Positions 1 to 9,391 of a stretch of DNA of 36,771 nucleotides are shown here, one piece after another. Below the pieces are notes generated by a model. It saw only the letters and a program-made list of their open reading frames with translations. It searched no databases and was not told the DNA's origin. This DNA is from a virus (lineage: Duplodnaviria; Caudoviricetes). The stretch spans positions 1 to 36,771 of the IMG/VR virus record IMGVR_UViG_3300027956_000024; one strand, given 5' to 3'. Position 1 is the stretch's first letter; each line of letters begins with the position of its first letter. The translations under genes and the position numbers were made by a program.

Positions 1-103
1 CCCCGGCCGGGCGGCGGAGCACGGCTATTCGGCCGCCAATAGCCCTATTGCGAGGCGCGCGGGCGTCCGAGGGGGTGAGGGGCACCACGTAGATCCCTCC
101 CCC

Positions 104-639
104 TGGCCACCGCTCTGGCCACCCCCCCCTGGCCACCTCCAAACGGTGCTGGGGCAGCGGATTCTCGACGAGTTTGGCCACGCGCTGGCCACGTCCGTAG
201 ATCTACGGATACGTCCACCCTGAATCCCGTGCTGGACGGCGTTCTCGTCTATTCGCTGGCCACCCCCCTTTTTCGCTGAGAATCCCGTCCAGCAGCGGAT
301 TCTCATGTAGGTTGGCCACCCTGGACACCGATTTTTCCAAGAGTTCTTGGGGAGGTAGGGAGGGTATATATAACGATCGTTATGTAAAATAGTGATCTAC
401 CCCCTATAGAAGTTTTGGGCGTTTTGGGGTGGCCAGGGTGGCCAGCCCACATTAGAATGGCGTGCTGGTCGACGTTTTCGACGAAAAAGGGGGGTGGCCA
501 GGGAATAGGCGAGAATGGCGTCCAGCACGGGATTCAGGGTGGACGCCCCCCCTTGGCCAGGGGGTGGCCAGGGATCGGCCTGCGGCGGCCGGTTCCTGGC
601 CTCGCCCCTGCCTTTTCGCCTGGCCATGGGGGGTGGCCA
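104..639. repeat. Mirror-symmetric array of TGGCCA boxes around an AT-rich palindrome (candidate origin / packaging / telomere site)
   Basis: TGGCCA at 104,116,130,175,186,257,313 (all followed by C, mostly CTGGCCAC) and 430,439,495,554,565,621,634 (mostly GGTGGCCAG). 212-275 vs reverse complement of 482-545 has 4 mismatches in 64 bp. Central palindrome ATAACGATCGTTAT at 370-383. The repeat is certain; its function is inferred. Confidence 0.9.
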
Positions 640-724
640 GGGCCATTTCGCTGGCCGGCGCCCCGCCGGGGGGCTAAGGTGGTGGCGTTGGGGGCGGCGG
701 GCGCTGCCGCCATTGGAGGGGGAT

Positions 725-1942
725 GTGGCCACGGTCAAGAATAGTAGGGAGATCACCCGGCGGCTAAAGGCACTGCACGGAGTGCATTGGCGGCAGAGGT
801 ACGTACCGCAATCGCCACCCCGCACGCCCCTTGGCGCGCTGTGGCGCGCTATCATCGAGCAGTGCGGCTATTGGCCGGGCGCCTCCGGCCTGGGGAATAA
901 GGCCAACGGGGTTTGGGAGGACATTATGCCGGGGATGTGGGTCGAGGACACGGCCACGTTCATGCTACTATTAGGGAGGTATCCGCCGGCCTTTGTCGCG
1001 GATGGGACGTACAGTAGTGGGAAGGACCCCACTATTCGGAAGCAGGCCAACCGCGTGAAGGGGTGCCTGATGCTGAACGTCCGCCTCGGGCCGCGTGGCG
1101 GCTGGGCGGGCCTCCTGTTCGGCACGGCCGAGCTCCTGTGCCCACCCGCCGCGTGGCCGCCCCGGCTGCACGCCGCGCTCCTGGAGGCGACCAGGACGAT
1201 GTGGGTGCCCACCCCGCGGCGCATGGCGCACCAACTGCTGGCCAACGACAAGGTGGCCGCCCTGCCCTCCGTGGAGACGGCCGACGCCCCGCCCGCCGAG
1301 GACATGGCCGCGTTCCTGCTTTTCTGCCTCGGGATCACCTTCGAGCAGATGGAGAGGGCGCACGCCATCATCCAGCCGGGCCTGTCGTACGCACAGCAGC
1401 CCGCTCGCGCCTTCGAGGACGCCGCCCTGCGCGCCATCGAGCGCCTATCAGGGTCGCCGGCCTTCATCATCTGGGCGTCAGGGATGGATGCAGAGCAGTT
1501 GGAGCACCTGAACCCCTCTGACCAGGATTACCTGAACATGGGCATCCGCCCGGACTGGGACACCAAGCAGAAGAACCAGGCGTTTTTTGCGTACCAGAAG
1601 CACACCAAGGACCTTACGGCCCTGCGGAGACCGCCGGACACCCTCGACCCCTTCGATAACTACACATGGCCGAGCGTACAGGCCGCCATCGCCGACCGAT
1701 CCAGCCACATCGCGTACGCCTACCAGCTCTGGGACAGGTTCAAGAGCCCGGTCGTGCGGGAACTGGACCTCGCCGCAGCGCCAAAAGACCCGCTGACCAC
1801 TCCCATTCCCGTCATCAGCCGGCTAAAGGAGGAGAAGGCGAGGCCCTACCCCCACTCCAGGCCCGAGACCGCGGCCCTGATCGTCGCCCAGGCCAAGCGC
1901 CAGCCCCTCCAAGGGCGCCCCAAGGGCCGCCAACTTCGCTGA
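725..1942 (+). CDS. Hypothetical protein (~405 aa)
   Basis: Long ORF with GC3-biased codons. GTG at 725 with GGAGG at 715-719. The upstream extension to 515 runs through the repeat element and is probably not coding. Confidence 0.7.
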   Translation: MATVKNSREITRRLKALHGVHWRQRYVPQSPPRTPLGALWRAIIEQCGYWPGASGLGNKANGVWEDIMPGMWVEDTATFMLLLGRYPPAFVADGTYSSGKDPTIRKQANRVKGCLMLNVRLGPRGGWAGLLFGTAELLCPPAAWPPRLHAALLEATRTMWVPTPRRMAHQLLANDKVAALPSVETADAPPAEDMAAFLLFCLGITFEQMERAHAIIQPGLSYAQQPARAFEDAALRAIERLSGSPAFIIWASGMDAEQLEHLNPSDQDYLNMGIRPDWDTKQKNQAFFAYQKHTKDLTALRRPPDTLDPFDNYTWPSVQAAIADRSSHIAYAYQLWDRFKSPVVRELDLAAAPKDPLTTPIPVISRLKEEKARPYPHSRPETAALIVAQAKRQPLQGRPKGRQLR

Positions 1943-1951
1943 GAGGACCCC

Positions 1952-2431
1952 ATGCCGGACGATCCAGCCATCATTGACGCCTTCCCGACCGCCTTCAACA
2001 CGCAGGAGGACATTCTCACGGGCCTCAACGTGCTCGCGAGGGCCGCCCTGTTCGGGGAAATCCCGGCCATGAAGGTCGATCCGCTCAGGAAGATCCTCGA
2101 AACGGGCGCCAGGACCATCGCCATGCGGGATACGGTCAAGCAGAACGACAAACCGCGCACCCCGACGCCCGTGAACATGCAGATCAACACCACCATCACG
2201 AACCAACCCAGCCCCGCGCAGATCTCGGCCATCGACACCTTCCTCGGAGACCAGCACATGCCCTCCGCCGGGACCATCAAGGCCCTTGCCGCGCTGGACG
2301 ACGACCCGCTTGAGGTCGAGGCGGCCCCGCTGCCGCAGTCGGACGGGATGAACGACAAGGTGCGGGCAGGGAAAGCGGACATGCGCGCCGGAAAGGCCAC
2401 GTGGATCGAGAACCTGCGGAGGCCCCAATGA
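1952..2431 (+). CDS. Hypothetical protein, putative terminase small subunit
   Basis: 159 aa with GAGGA RBS. Its stop overlaps the TerL start (ATGA). The TerS call rests on position only. Confidence 0.5.
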   Translation: MPDDPAIIDAFPTAFNTQEDILTGLNVLARAALFGEIPAMKVDPLRKILETGARTIAMRDTVKQNDKPRTPTPVNMQINTTITNQPSPAQISAIDTFLGDQHMPSAGTIKALAALDDDPLEVEAAPLPQSDGMNDKVRAGKADMRAGKATWIENLRRPQ

Positions 2432-4287
2432 CAAAGCCCCCCACCCAACTGGGCCTGCGCCTCCGCACGGACGATTACTTCCGCACGGAGTTCGAGGAGC
2501 GCCTCAGCCTGGACCCGGCCTTTGCCACGACCATCCGCCAGAGGCTCCAGTCGCCCGCCTGGGCCGTCATCAACCTCGGGACCGTGGCCTCGGGGAGCTC
2601 GCAGGGCCTGATCCCCTACGATCCCGGGCAGATGACGGTGCGGATGCAGCAGGAGATGATTGAATACTGGGACGATCCGCCCCGAGATCTCGATGGGATG
2701 ACGAAGTTCCTCACGCTTTTGGCCCCGCGGCAGGTGGGCAAGTCGCTGGCGGCAGAACTTCTGGGGTACGCCACCGCCAGCCGCAACCCCGGCTGGGACC
2801 ACGTCTGCGACGCGGACACGAAAGACCGGGCGATCTACCTCCATCAGCGCGTTCACGACAATCACCGCCTCTGGCCACTCGCCCTTCGCACGGAGACCGT
2901 CTCCGCGAAGGAAAACAGGCAGATGACCTTCGAGTTCCCGGACAAGACCAAGTCGAAGATGCGCGTTCGGAGTGCCAACGACGATTCTCTGGGCCTGGGA
3001 CAGAGCCCGGACTCGTACCACGCCAGTGAGTGCGCCTTCTGGAACGACTTTGGCGGCGCCATGTCACTGATCCTCCCATCCATTACGAACAGAGCGGACT
3101 GCCGCGTCGTTTTTGAGTGTACGCCAGCCCCTTTGGGCCTTGCCTCGGGCGCCGACTGGAAGGACCACTACTTCGCGGCCAAGAACCCCATCGCTGGGGT
3201 GCGGCACATGGCCCGCTTCTACCCCTTCTGGGACGGGTTGCTCAACCGGCGGCGCTGGCCGCCCGAATGGAAGATGGACAACGAGGAGATCCGCCTCATG
3301 GAGCGGTTCGCGCCGCAGGGCCTGACCAAGGAGAACCTCGCCTTCCGCCGGATTCAGCTCGGACAGGCCACGGAGTTCCGAAAGCACCCGGAAACCTTTC
3401 GGATCTGGTATCCGTTCGATGACGCCACGTGCTGGATGGAGGGGACGGTACGCGCCGTGCCGGCCGCAGCCCTGGAGCGGCACGCCGACACGCCGAAAGT
3501 TCAGTGGACGACCGAGGATGGATACCAGGAGTACGAGCCGCCGCGCCCAGGGGCCATCTACGTCATTGGCGCCGACCCCTGCGGCTCCGCCGGCCGGGAC
3601 CACGCCGCGTTTGTGGTGCTGGAGGTGTGGGCGGACGAGTGGCGCGTGGTCGCCTGCTACAGCAACACGACCACGCCCCTGGATTTCGCCAACCTCCTCC
3701 TGAAAACGGGCGAATACTACAACATGGCGTACATCGCCGTGGAGAATAACGGCGTCGGGCAGGGGACGCTGTCGCCAATCATCGCCGCTAAGTACAAGAA
3801 CCTCTGCTACGATCGCGGCCAGCCTGGATATGTGAGCGCAGGGGGCGCAGTCGGGGAAGCCCTCTTGGGAGACATGGTTCAGGCGCTCCTTGACCGGATC
3901 TACATCCCCTGCCAGTTCCTGTTCGACCAGCTCTCGACGTACAAACATGACAAAACCACGCAGGAGAGCAATAGCCAAGAGACTTTGCGCGCACTCACCA
4001 ACGTGATCGCCAAACCTGCTCGTGGGCGCCGAGAGAAACACCACTGGGACCTCGTCAGCGCCTTGATGATGGCGACGAAGGGCGCACGGATGGAGGCCCC
4101 ACGGCGACACAAGCCAAAAGCCACAGACCGGGACGTCAATGCCGGCGATCCGCGCACCTTCCCTGACGCGGGCTTGACAAAAGGCCGCAAGGCCGCTATG
4201 ATGCGACAACTTGGTCTCACCCCCAGCACAAAGAACGCCTGGGGGCCGTCCGGCCGGAATAGCACAGCACTTTGGGGGCGGAAATGA
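2428..4287 (+). CDS. terL: Terminase large subunit
   Basis: Walker A (LLAPRQVGKS), Walker B (YHASECAFW), coupling motif (VVFECTP), RNase H-like nuclease motifs (YVIGADP...RDHAAFVV, IAVENNGVG, HHWDLVSA). ATG 2428 with GGAGG upstream. Confidence 0.93.
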   Translation: MTKPPTQLGLRLRTDDYFRTEFEERLSLDPAFATTIRQRLQSPAWAVINLGTVASGSSQGLIPYDPGQMTVRMQQEMIEYWDDPPRDLDGMTKFLTLLAPRQVGKSLAAELLGYATASRNPGWDHVCDADTKDRAIYLHQRVHDNHRLWPLALRTETVSAKENRQMTFEFPDKTKSKMRVRSANDDSLGLGQSPDSYHASECAFWNDFGGAMSLILPSITNRADCRVVFECTPAPLGLASGADWKDHYFAAKNPIAGVRHMARFYPFWDGLLNRRRWPPEWKMDNEEIRLMERFAPQGLTKENLAFRRIQLGQATEFRKHPETFRIWYPFDDATCWMEGTVRAVPAAALERHADTPKVQWTTEDGYQEYEPPRPGAIYVIGADPCGSAGRDHAAFVVLEVWADEWRVVACYSNTTTPLDFANLLLKTGEYYNMAYIAVENNGVGQGTLSPIIAAKYKNLCYDRGQPGYVSAGGAVGEALLGDMVQALLDRIYIPCQFLFDQLSTYKHDKTTQESNSQETLRALTNVIAKPARGRREKHHWDLVSALMMATKGARMEAPRRHKPKATDRDVNAGDPRTFPDAGLTKGRKAAMMRQLGLTPSTKNAWGPSGRNSTALWGRK

Positions 4288-6224
4288 GCGGCGAGGGCAA
4301 GCCCAACGGAACATTCTCGGTGATGTCGGCGCAAGAGGCGATCCGCGAGGCGGAGCGCACCCTGTCGCGGACGATCCGGCCCCGCCTTGCGCGATACAAG
4401 CAGATGTACGCCGGCCTCAACCGCCCCGTACAGGCGAACCTGAGCCAGATCCTCGGGGGTGACCTGGACCGCAGCCGGAATGAGGATGGGGAGGCGTACT
4501 TCGACACGAACTACGCCTTTATGATGGTCGACACGGGACGCAGCAACGTGGTTCCGGGGAACCCGCAGGTCCAGATCCTGCCAATGGCGGACGACGTCGA
4601 CATTCACCGGACGAAGACCGCCGAAGCCCTTGTCAACCACTGCTTTCGACAGGGGAAGATGCGGCGCGTGCTGGGGCGGCTCAACGGCCTGACCATGCTA
4701 CAGGGCGTGAGTTACCTCAAGTGCGTGTACGACATTCAGCAGAAGACCGTGCGGTATCGCGTGGTTCCGAGGCTCGACCTGTTCGTCGACCCGCTTGCAG
4801 AGACCTGGGATCAGGTCGGGTACGTCATCGAGAAGACCACCATTCCGATGGCGGAGATCCGGCGGCGACTTGAGAGCGGGCAATACACGCCCATCGACAA
4901 GATGACGATCGACCAGACCATCGAGATGTTGAAGACTCGGGCCAACAGCCTGATGTACGATCACACCTCGGGTAGCGGCGGCGTCACGGCGTCATGGTCG
5001 GACTGGGTGGGGCGCCCGTCGCCGCGGGACATCCTGCAGGAAGACAACCAGGCGCTCAAGAAGACGGATGTCGTTGTCGTCTACGAGGTCTTCGACCTGA
5101 CCGGGGATCGCCTCTGGCACTTCGCGGGGACGGGGCTCTGGCCCATGTTTGTGAGTGAGCTGCCGTACCGACTGGTGCCCAACCCGTACATCCCACTGGT
5201 CTACAACGACGCCCTCGAAGGGACGGGCGGGATCAGTGACCTCGAGTTGGTCGAGCCCCTCATCTCGCAGATCCACTATATGTCCGCCATGAGCGTTCGC
5301 CACGCCCAGGCGTGCGTTCCGCGCACCCTGGTGAACGATGACGCGCTGGAGGACCCCGACGGCTTCGTCGCAGACCTCGCCAACGCGGCTGGACCGGGCG
5401 ACGTGGTGCGGGTCAAGATCGCAAACACGGGGAAATACAGCGAACTCTCCTCGATCTTCGCGCACACACCGCAGCCGTCGTTGATGCCGGAGTTCGGGAC
5501 GTCCATCCAGCGCATGGAGGACAAGCTCTACGAGACCCTCGGCATCAGCCCCTTCCAGCGCGGCGTCGTCGGTGCAGGGCGCGTGGCCACAGAGTTTGCC
5601 CTCGCGGATCAGGCCAACCAGACGCGGCTGGCCGAGCGCCTGCAGTGCCTCGGGGACCTCATCGAGCAGGCCGCCCGGGTGACGCTGGACCTCTACAACG
5701 AGTACCTCCCACACACGCACCGGATCTACCTGCGCGTCCAGGGCGCGTCGCAGGGGATGGTCGCGTCGAAGGAGACGCTGCCCTTCTACCCTGGCGTCAG
5801 CGTCAGTGGCTCACTGCTCATCAGCGTCGTGCCCTACAGCCCGGCTGAGGTGACGCGAGAGACGCGCCTGAACAAGATGCTCCAACTCCTCCCGATGCTC
5901 GCGCAGATGGACCCCGAGGCGCTGAACACCCAGGCCACCATGTCGGCCTTGGTGGATGCTGCCGCGCTCCCGCCGGGGATGCTCTACTCGCAGGAGGAGA
6001 AGCTCCAGCGCCAGCAGGTAGCGGCCGATGCCGCGGCGGAGTTCGACGCGCAGGCCGGCGCGGACGTTCCTGTGCAGACAGGCGTCCCGCCGCTGGCACC
6101 GGCCCGAGGGGGTGGAGGAGGCGTCTCGCCAGGGAGGGTGAACGCAGGCGGCCAGAGCGCGGCCACGCAGGCCCAGGGGGCGCCACAGGCCCGAGGCGCT
6201 ATGGTCGGCGGAGCAGGACGTTGA
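4284..6224 (+). CDS. Portal protein (podovirus type)
   Basis: ~646 aa directly after TerL (ATGA overlap). Portal-like segments (DLFVDPLA, PYIPL...GISDLELVEPL, GISPFQRG...VATE), helical C-terminus and an Ala/Gly/Gln tail. Confidence 0.85.
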   Translation: MSGEGKPNGTFSVMSAQEAIREAERTLSRTIRPRLARYKQMYAGLNRPVQANLSQILGGDLDRSRNEDGEAYFDTNYAFMMVDTGRSNVVPGNPQVQILPMADDVDIHRTKTAEALVNHCFRQGKMRRVLGRLNGLTMLQGVSYLKCVYDIQQKTVRYRVVPRLDLFVDPLAETWDQVGYVIEKTTIPMAEIRRRLESGQYTPIDKMTIDQTIEMLKTRANSLMYDHTSGSGGVTASWSDWVGRPSPRDILQEDNQALKKTDVVVVYEVFDLTGDRLWHFAGTGLWPMFVSELPYRLVPNPYIPLVYNDALEGTGGISDLELVEPLISQIHYMSAMSVRHAQACVPRTLVNDDALEDPDGFVADLANAAGPGDVVRVKIANTGKYSELSSIFAHTPQPSLMPEFGTSIQRMEDKLYETLGISPFQRGVVGAGRVATEFALADQANQTRLAERLQCLGDLIEQAARVTLDLYNEYLPHTHRIYLRVQGASQGMVASKETLPFYPGVSVSGSLLISVVPYSPAEVTRETRLNKMLQLLPMLAQMDPEALNTQATMSALVDAAALPPGMLYSQEEKLQRQQVAADAAAEFDAQAGADVPVQTGVPPLAPARGGGGGVSPGRVNAGGQSAATQAQGAPQARGAMVGGAGR

Positions 6225-6249
6225 CATTGGGCTGGGAGTAGGCTAAGGC
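6221..6249 (+). promoter_or_regulatory. Putative sigma70-type promoter
   Basis: TTGACA-17 nt-TAAGGC in the gap before the 6275 gene, followed by an AAGGAGGT RBS. Confidence 0.45.
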
Positions 6250-6274
6250 ATTGACCTGCTAAGGAGGTACACCC

Positions 6275-7129
6275 ATGCCCATTCCCCCCGCCGCTGTTGT
6301 TGGCGGAGCCGCCGCTGGCGGGTTGCTCTACGCCGGGTACACAGGCAAGAAGATCTACGACGCCATCGTGGATGATCTTGATCCAGAAGGCACGTTCAGC
6401 CTTTTCGCACAACCGCCGGTGGTGAACGTGCCAGGCAAAGGCATGGTGGGGCAGGCCCCACGCACGCCGGATGAGGATCAGCGGATGGCTGACAAGCTCG
6501 CGGGCGGGTTGCCGAACAGGCAGGCCCGCGCCCCTGAGCCCACTGCCAGTCCTGAGACCCCAGACTACAGCGGAGACGGGTCGTACCAGGAGGCCAGCCC
6601 GGAGCCGGCAGAGGCCCCTGTAGACTGGTCGCAGTACACAGGGGCTCCGGCGAAGGAGAAGGCCCCTGCCCCAGCAGCCGCCGCGCCTGTAGCGCAGAAG
6701 AAGAGTGGTGCGGAGAAGCGCGCCGCACTCCCGGCGAAAGACCCGCAGTCGCAGGTCATCAGCGACGGTCAGTGGTCGTACGAGATCATGCCCAACGGCA
6801 ACATCCGATTCTTGTCGGTGCCTGCCAACAGCCGGATGTACGGTGAGGTCATTGACCCGAGCAAGGTAGGTGCCCTACCAGACGGACCTGCAAAGCAGCG
6901 GCTGACGAAGGCCATCGAATCTATCCAGGCGATGGCGGCTTCGCAGAAGCCGCAACCAACGGCGAGCGAGGAGCCCGCCACGGTGGAGACGCAGCAGACC
7001 CCCGCGGCCAAGCAAGCCGCACAGCCCGAAGATGGTTACGTTCCCCCGGGGCGCCTCCAAGGCGCCCGGCGGATTATCAGCAGGTTCAGCCGACCGGGCG
7101 CAGGCGCCGACGGCAGTGGCGCGTTCTGA
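6275..7129 (+). CDS. Hypothetical protein; Gly/Ala hydrophobic N-terminus, Pro/Ala linkers, one domain shared with the next gene
   Basis: Strong RBS AAGGAGG; 284 aa ORF. Confidence 0.8.
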   Translation: MPIPPAAVVGGAAAGGLLYAGYTGKKIYDAIVDDLDPEGTFSLFAQPPVVNVPGKGMVGQAPRTPDEDQRMADKLAGGLPNRQARAPEPTASPETPDYSGDGSYQEASPEPAEAPVDWSQYTGAPAKEKAPAPAAAAPVAQKKSGAEKRAALPAKDPQSQVISDGQWSYEIMPNGNIRFLSVPANSRMYGEVIDPSKVGALPDGPAKQRLTKAIESIQAMAASQKPQPTASEEPATVETQQTPAAKQAAQPEDGYVPPGRLQGARRIISRFSRPGAGADGSGAF

Positions 7130-7158
7130 TAGACAACACACCGTAGGAGGACAGTCAC

Positions 7159-7725
7159 ATGGCACAGATGGAGAACGCGAAGAACTTCGTAGCGAAGGCG
7201 CAGGGCAACTTCGAGAGCATGACCCGCCCCGGACAGGGCACCATGTCGGACGCAAAGGGCGCCTTTGCGGACATGACCAGCACCGGCGGAAAGGGGGGCA
7301 TGGCAGAGCCCGGCGAAGGTCGGATGCAGGACGACGGCGTGGTCGCAGACGAAGGTGGCTGGATGTACCGCGACCTGGGCGACGGTCGGATCGAGATCAT
7401 GGCGGCGCCAAAGGGCAGTAAGATGGTCGGACAGATCCTCGATCCGAAGAAGATCGACGCCATCGCGGACCCCGCACAGCGCGCCCGTGCAGGCAGGGCG
7501 TACGCCAGCATCAAGTCGGTGATGGCGGGTGGAAAGGCGATCCCGCAGGGCGCACGCCCGAAGATGCCCGCCGCCCCGGCGGCGTCCGCTGGCGGAGCTA
7601 CGGACCCGGGCAAGCCCGGCCTGGAGGGGCTGCCCATGACCGGCGTGCCCAGCAACGGCGGCGTCCCCTCCGCGAGCAGCACCATCTTGGGAGAGGCCCG
7701 CTCCCGCACCAGGGGAGGGATGTAG
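7159..7725 (+). CDS. Hypothetical protein, paralogous domain with 6275..7129
   Basis: RBS AGGAGG; 188 aa; shared W-x-Y...G-x-I...P...S-x-M-x-G-x-x-x-DP-x-K pattern. Confidence 0.8.
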   Translation: MAQMENAKNFVAKAQGNFESMTRPGQGTMSDAKGAFADMTSTGGKGGMAEPGEGRMQDDGVVADEGGWMYRDLGDGRIEIMAAPKGSKMVGQILDPKKIDAIADPAQRARAGRAYASIKSVMAGGKAIPQGARPKMPAAPAASAGGATDPGKPGLEGLPMTGVPSNGGVPSASSTILGEARSRTRGGM

Positions 7726-7728
7726 ACC

Positions 7729-8079
7729 ATGAGCACCGCAGCCCTCCCCCCGATGGCCGCTGGCGCCGGAGCCCCCGCTGAGGGGGCCTCCCCGGAGGTC
7801 GACGAGCAGCAGGCCGTTGCCGTCATCGCCAGCATCGTCGACCAGCTCATCGCCGCCGCTACGCGCGACCCGGCGACGGTCAAGACCATCATCACGACCG
7901 CGATGGAGGACCCCGAGATCCGCGCCATGATGAAGGAGGCCCTCGCCGGAGCGCCCTCCGAAGATGACACGGACATGGACGACGAGCCCACCGACGACGA
8001 CTTCGAGGCGCTCATCGCAGGCTCCGACGACGTCGGGGAACTGTCCGACGAGGACCTTGCGCTGTTGTCGGCCGAGTAG
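7729..8079 (+). CDS. Highly acidic hypothetical protein
   Basis: 116 aa, GGAGG upstream, strong GC3 bias, D/E-rich C-terminus. Confidence 0.75.
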   Translation: MSTAALPPMAAGAGAPAEGASPEVDEQQAVAVIASIVDQLIAAATRDPATVKTIITTAMEDPEIRAMMKEALAGAPSEDDTDMDDEPTDDDFEALIAGSDDVGELSDEDLALLSAE

Positions 8080-8102
8080 CCACCAACCTGGAGAGGATTC
8101 AC

Positions 8103-8495
8103 ATGCCGCTGTACGACACCCGCTGTCGATCGTGCGGCGCCGTTGAGGAGGAGGACTATCGCTCTGTCGATGATGTCCTCCTCTTCTCGTCTGGCGCCTA
8201 CGGTTTCCCATGTTCTTGTGGCGGAGAGGCCGCCATCGTTACCACGGGCAAAGTTCGGCTGCCCCAGGACAATCTCCTGCCGGCAGACATGCAAGGGGAG
8301 CGCCTCACAACGAAGCAGTTCCACGAGAAGTACGGAGAGGACGCCCACCCAGTCGAGCCAGGGAGCCCCTTGGCAAAGAGACAACTGGACAAGATCAAAG
8401 CCCACAACCACGGACGGGCGATGGCGGCGGGGTATCGGGACTCGGGGCACATGTATAGCGAAGTGCGGCGGCGCCAGAACAGCAGGAGGTCGTAA
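8103..8495 (+). CDS. FmdB-like zinc-ribbon protein
   Basis: N-terminal MPLYDTRCRSCG and a second Cys pair (CSCGG). This family often lies between portal and scaffold genes in podovirus-like phages. Confidence 0.75.
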   Translation: MPLYDTRCRSCGAVEEEDYRSVDDVLLFSSGAYGFPCSCGGEAAIVTTGKVRLPQDNLLPADMQGERLTTKQFHEKYGEDAHPVEPGSPLAKRQLDKIKAHNHGRAMAAGYRDSGHMYSEVRRRQNSRRS

Positions 8496-9373
8496 TGGAA
8501 GGAGAGGCAGTAGCAGAGACCGTCGAGGCCCCTGTAGGGGATGCCGCGCCGGTTGAGAGCGCGGCGCCAGCCGCGGAGGGCAATAGCGACGGAGGCTTTG
8601 ACTGGGGGGCGTGGACGCCGGATCGCGATGACGTGCCGGAGCAGTTCAAGCCCGCCGTCACGCAGATCACGTCGTACTATCAGAAGCAACTCGCGGACGC
8701 TAAGGCGGCCGAGGAGCGCGCCGCGCTATTCCAGCAACTCTACGAGGCGCATGACACGGGCACCTCGGCAGAGATGATCGCCGATATGATGATGGCGAAG
8801 GATGATCTGGAGAGCCTCCGCGCGCAGTTCGACGAGTTGAACCAGCAGTCCTCGGGATGGACCACGGAGAAGGTAGAACTCGCCCAGCGCCTCGAAGAGA
8901 CGCAGGCCGAGATCGAGATGCTCCGATCGAAGATCCCAGAGGTAGAGGCTCAACTGCGGGACAGCATGTCGCAGGAGTACAGCGCCCTAATCCAGCAGGA
9001 CGTGGACGCCTTCTTCGAGATGCACAGGGAAGACCTGGAGAACGACGCCATCCGGGACGCCTTCACGGAGTACCATGCGGGCTCTGTACCGGAGGGCCAC
9101 GCCATCCAACTCGCTAAGATGCCGCCGGCAGATCAGGCGTTCGCCAAGGCCCTTCTTGAGAGCGGGACGCCACCGAATAAGGTCCTGCCGCTGACGGCCC
9201 GCGCTGCAAAAGAGCGTACGCCGCCGATTAGCCCTGCCGCTACCTTGACAGCGGGCGGGGCGCCTGTTAGTAGATCCCCAAGCCCAGCGGCTAAGCCCCA
9301 GGCCAACCAGCCAGCGCCAGTCGGTAGTGGCAGGTTCGCCAACACGCGGGCGCTCTTCAACCGCCCCTCCTAA
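8495..9373 (+). CDS. Capsid scaffolding protein
   Basis: Acidic N-terminus, long coiled coil, Pro/Ala-rich tail with a basic tip; directly upstream of the capsid gene. Confidence 0.7.
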   Translation: MEGEAVAETVEAPVGDAAPVESAAPAAEGNSDGGFDWGAWTPDRDDVPEQFKPAVTQITSYYQKQLADAKAAEERAALFQQLYEAHDTGTSAEMIADMMMAKDDLESLRAQFDELNQQSSGWTTEKVELAQRLEETQAEIEMLRSKIPEVEAQLRDSMSQEYSALIQQDVDAFFEMHREDLENDAIRDAFTEYHAGSVPEGHAIQLAKMPPADQAFAKALLESGTPPNKVLPLTARAAKERTPPISPAATLTAGGAPVSRSPSPAAKPQANQPAPVGSGRFANTRALFNRPS

Positions 9374-9391
9374 CATCACGAGGTACTCCAC

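Noticed and set aside
104-639. CRISPR array or MITE/IS interpretation of the repeats
   Set aside because: Boxes are only 6-9 bp, irregularly spaced and inverted; no spacer pattern, transposase or target-site duplication.
25-855. Multiple short ORFs, and the 515-724 extension, across the repeat element
   Set aside because: Translations are repeat-derived (WP/GG-rich). Two opposite-strand ORFs (25..306 and 415..744) resemble each other only because of the inverted repeat.
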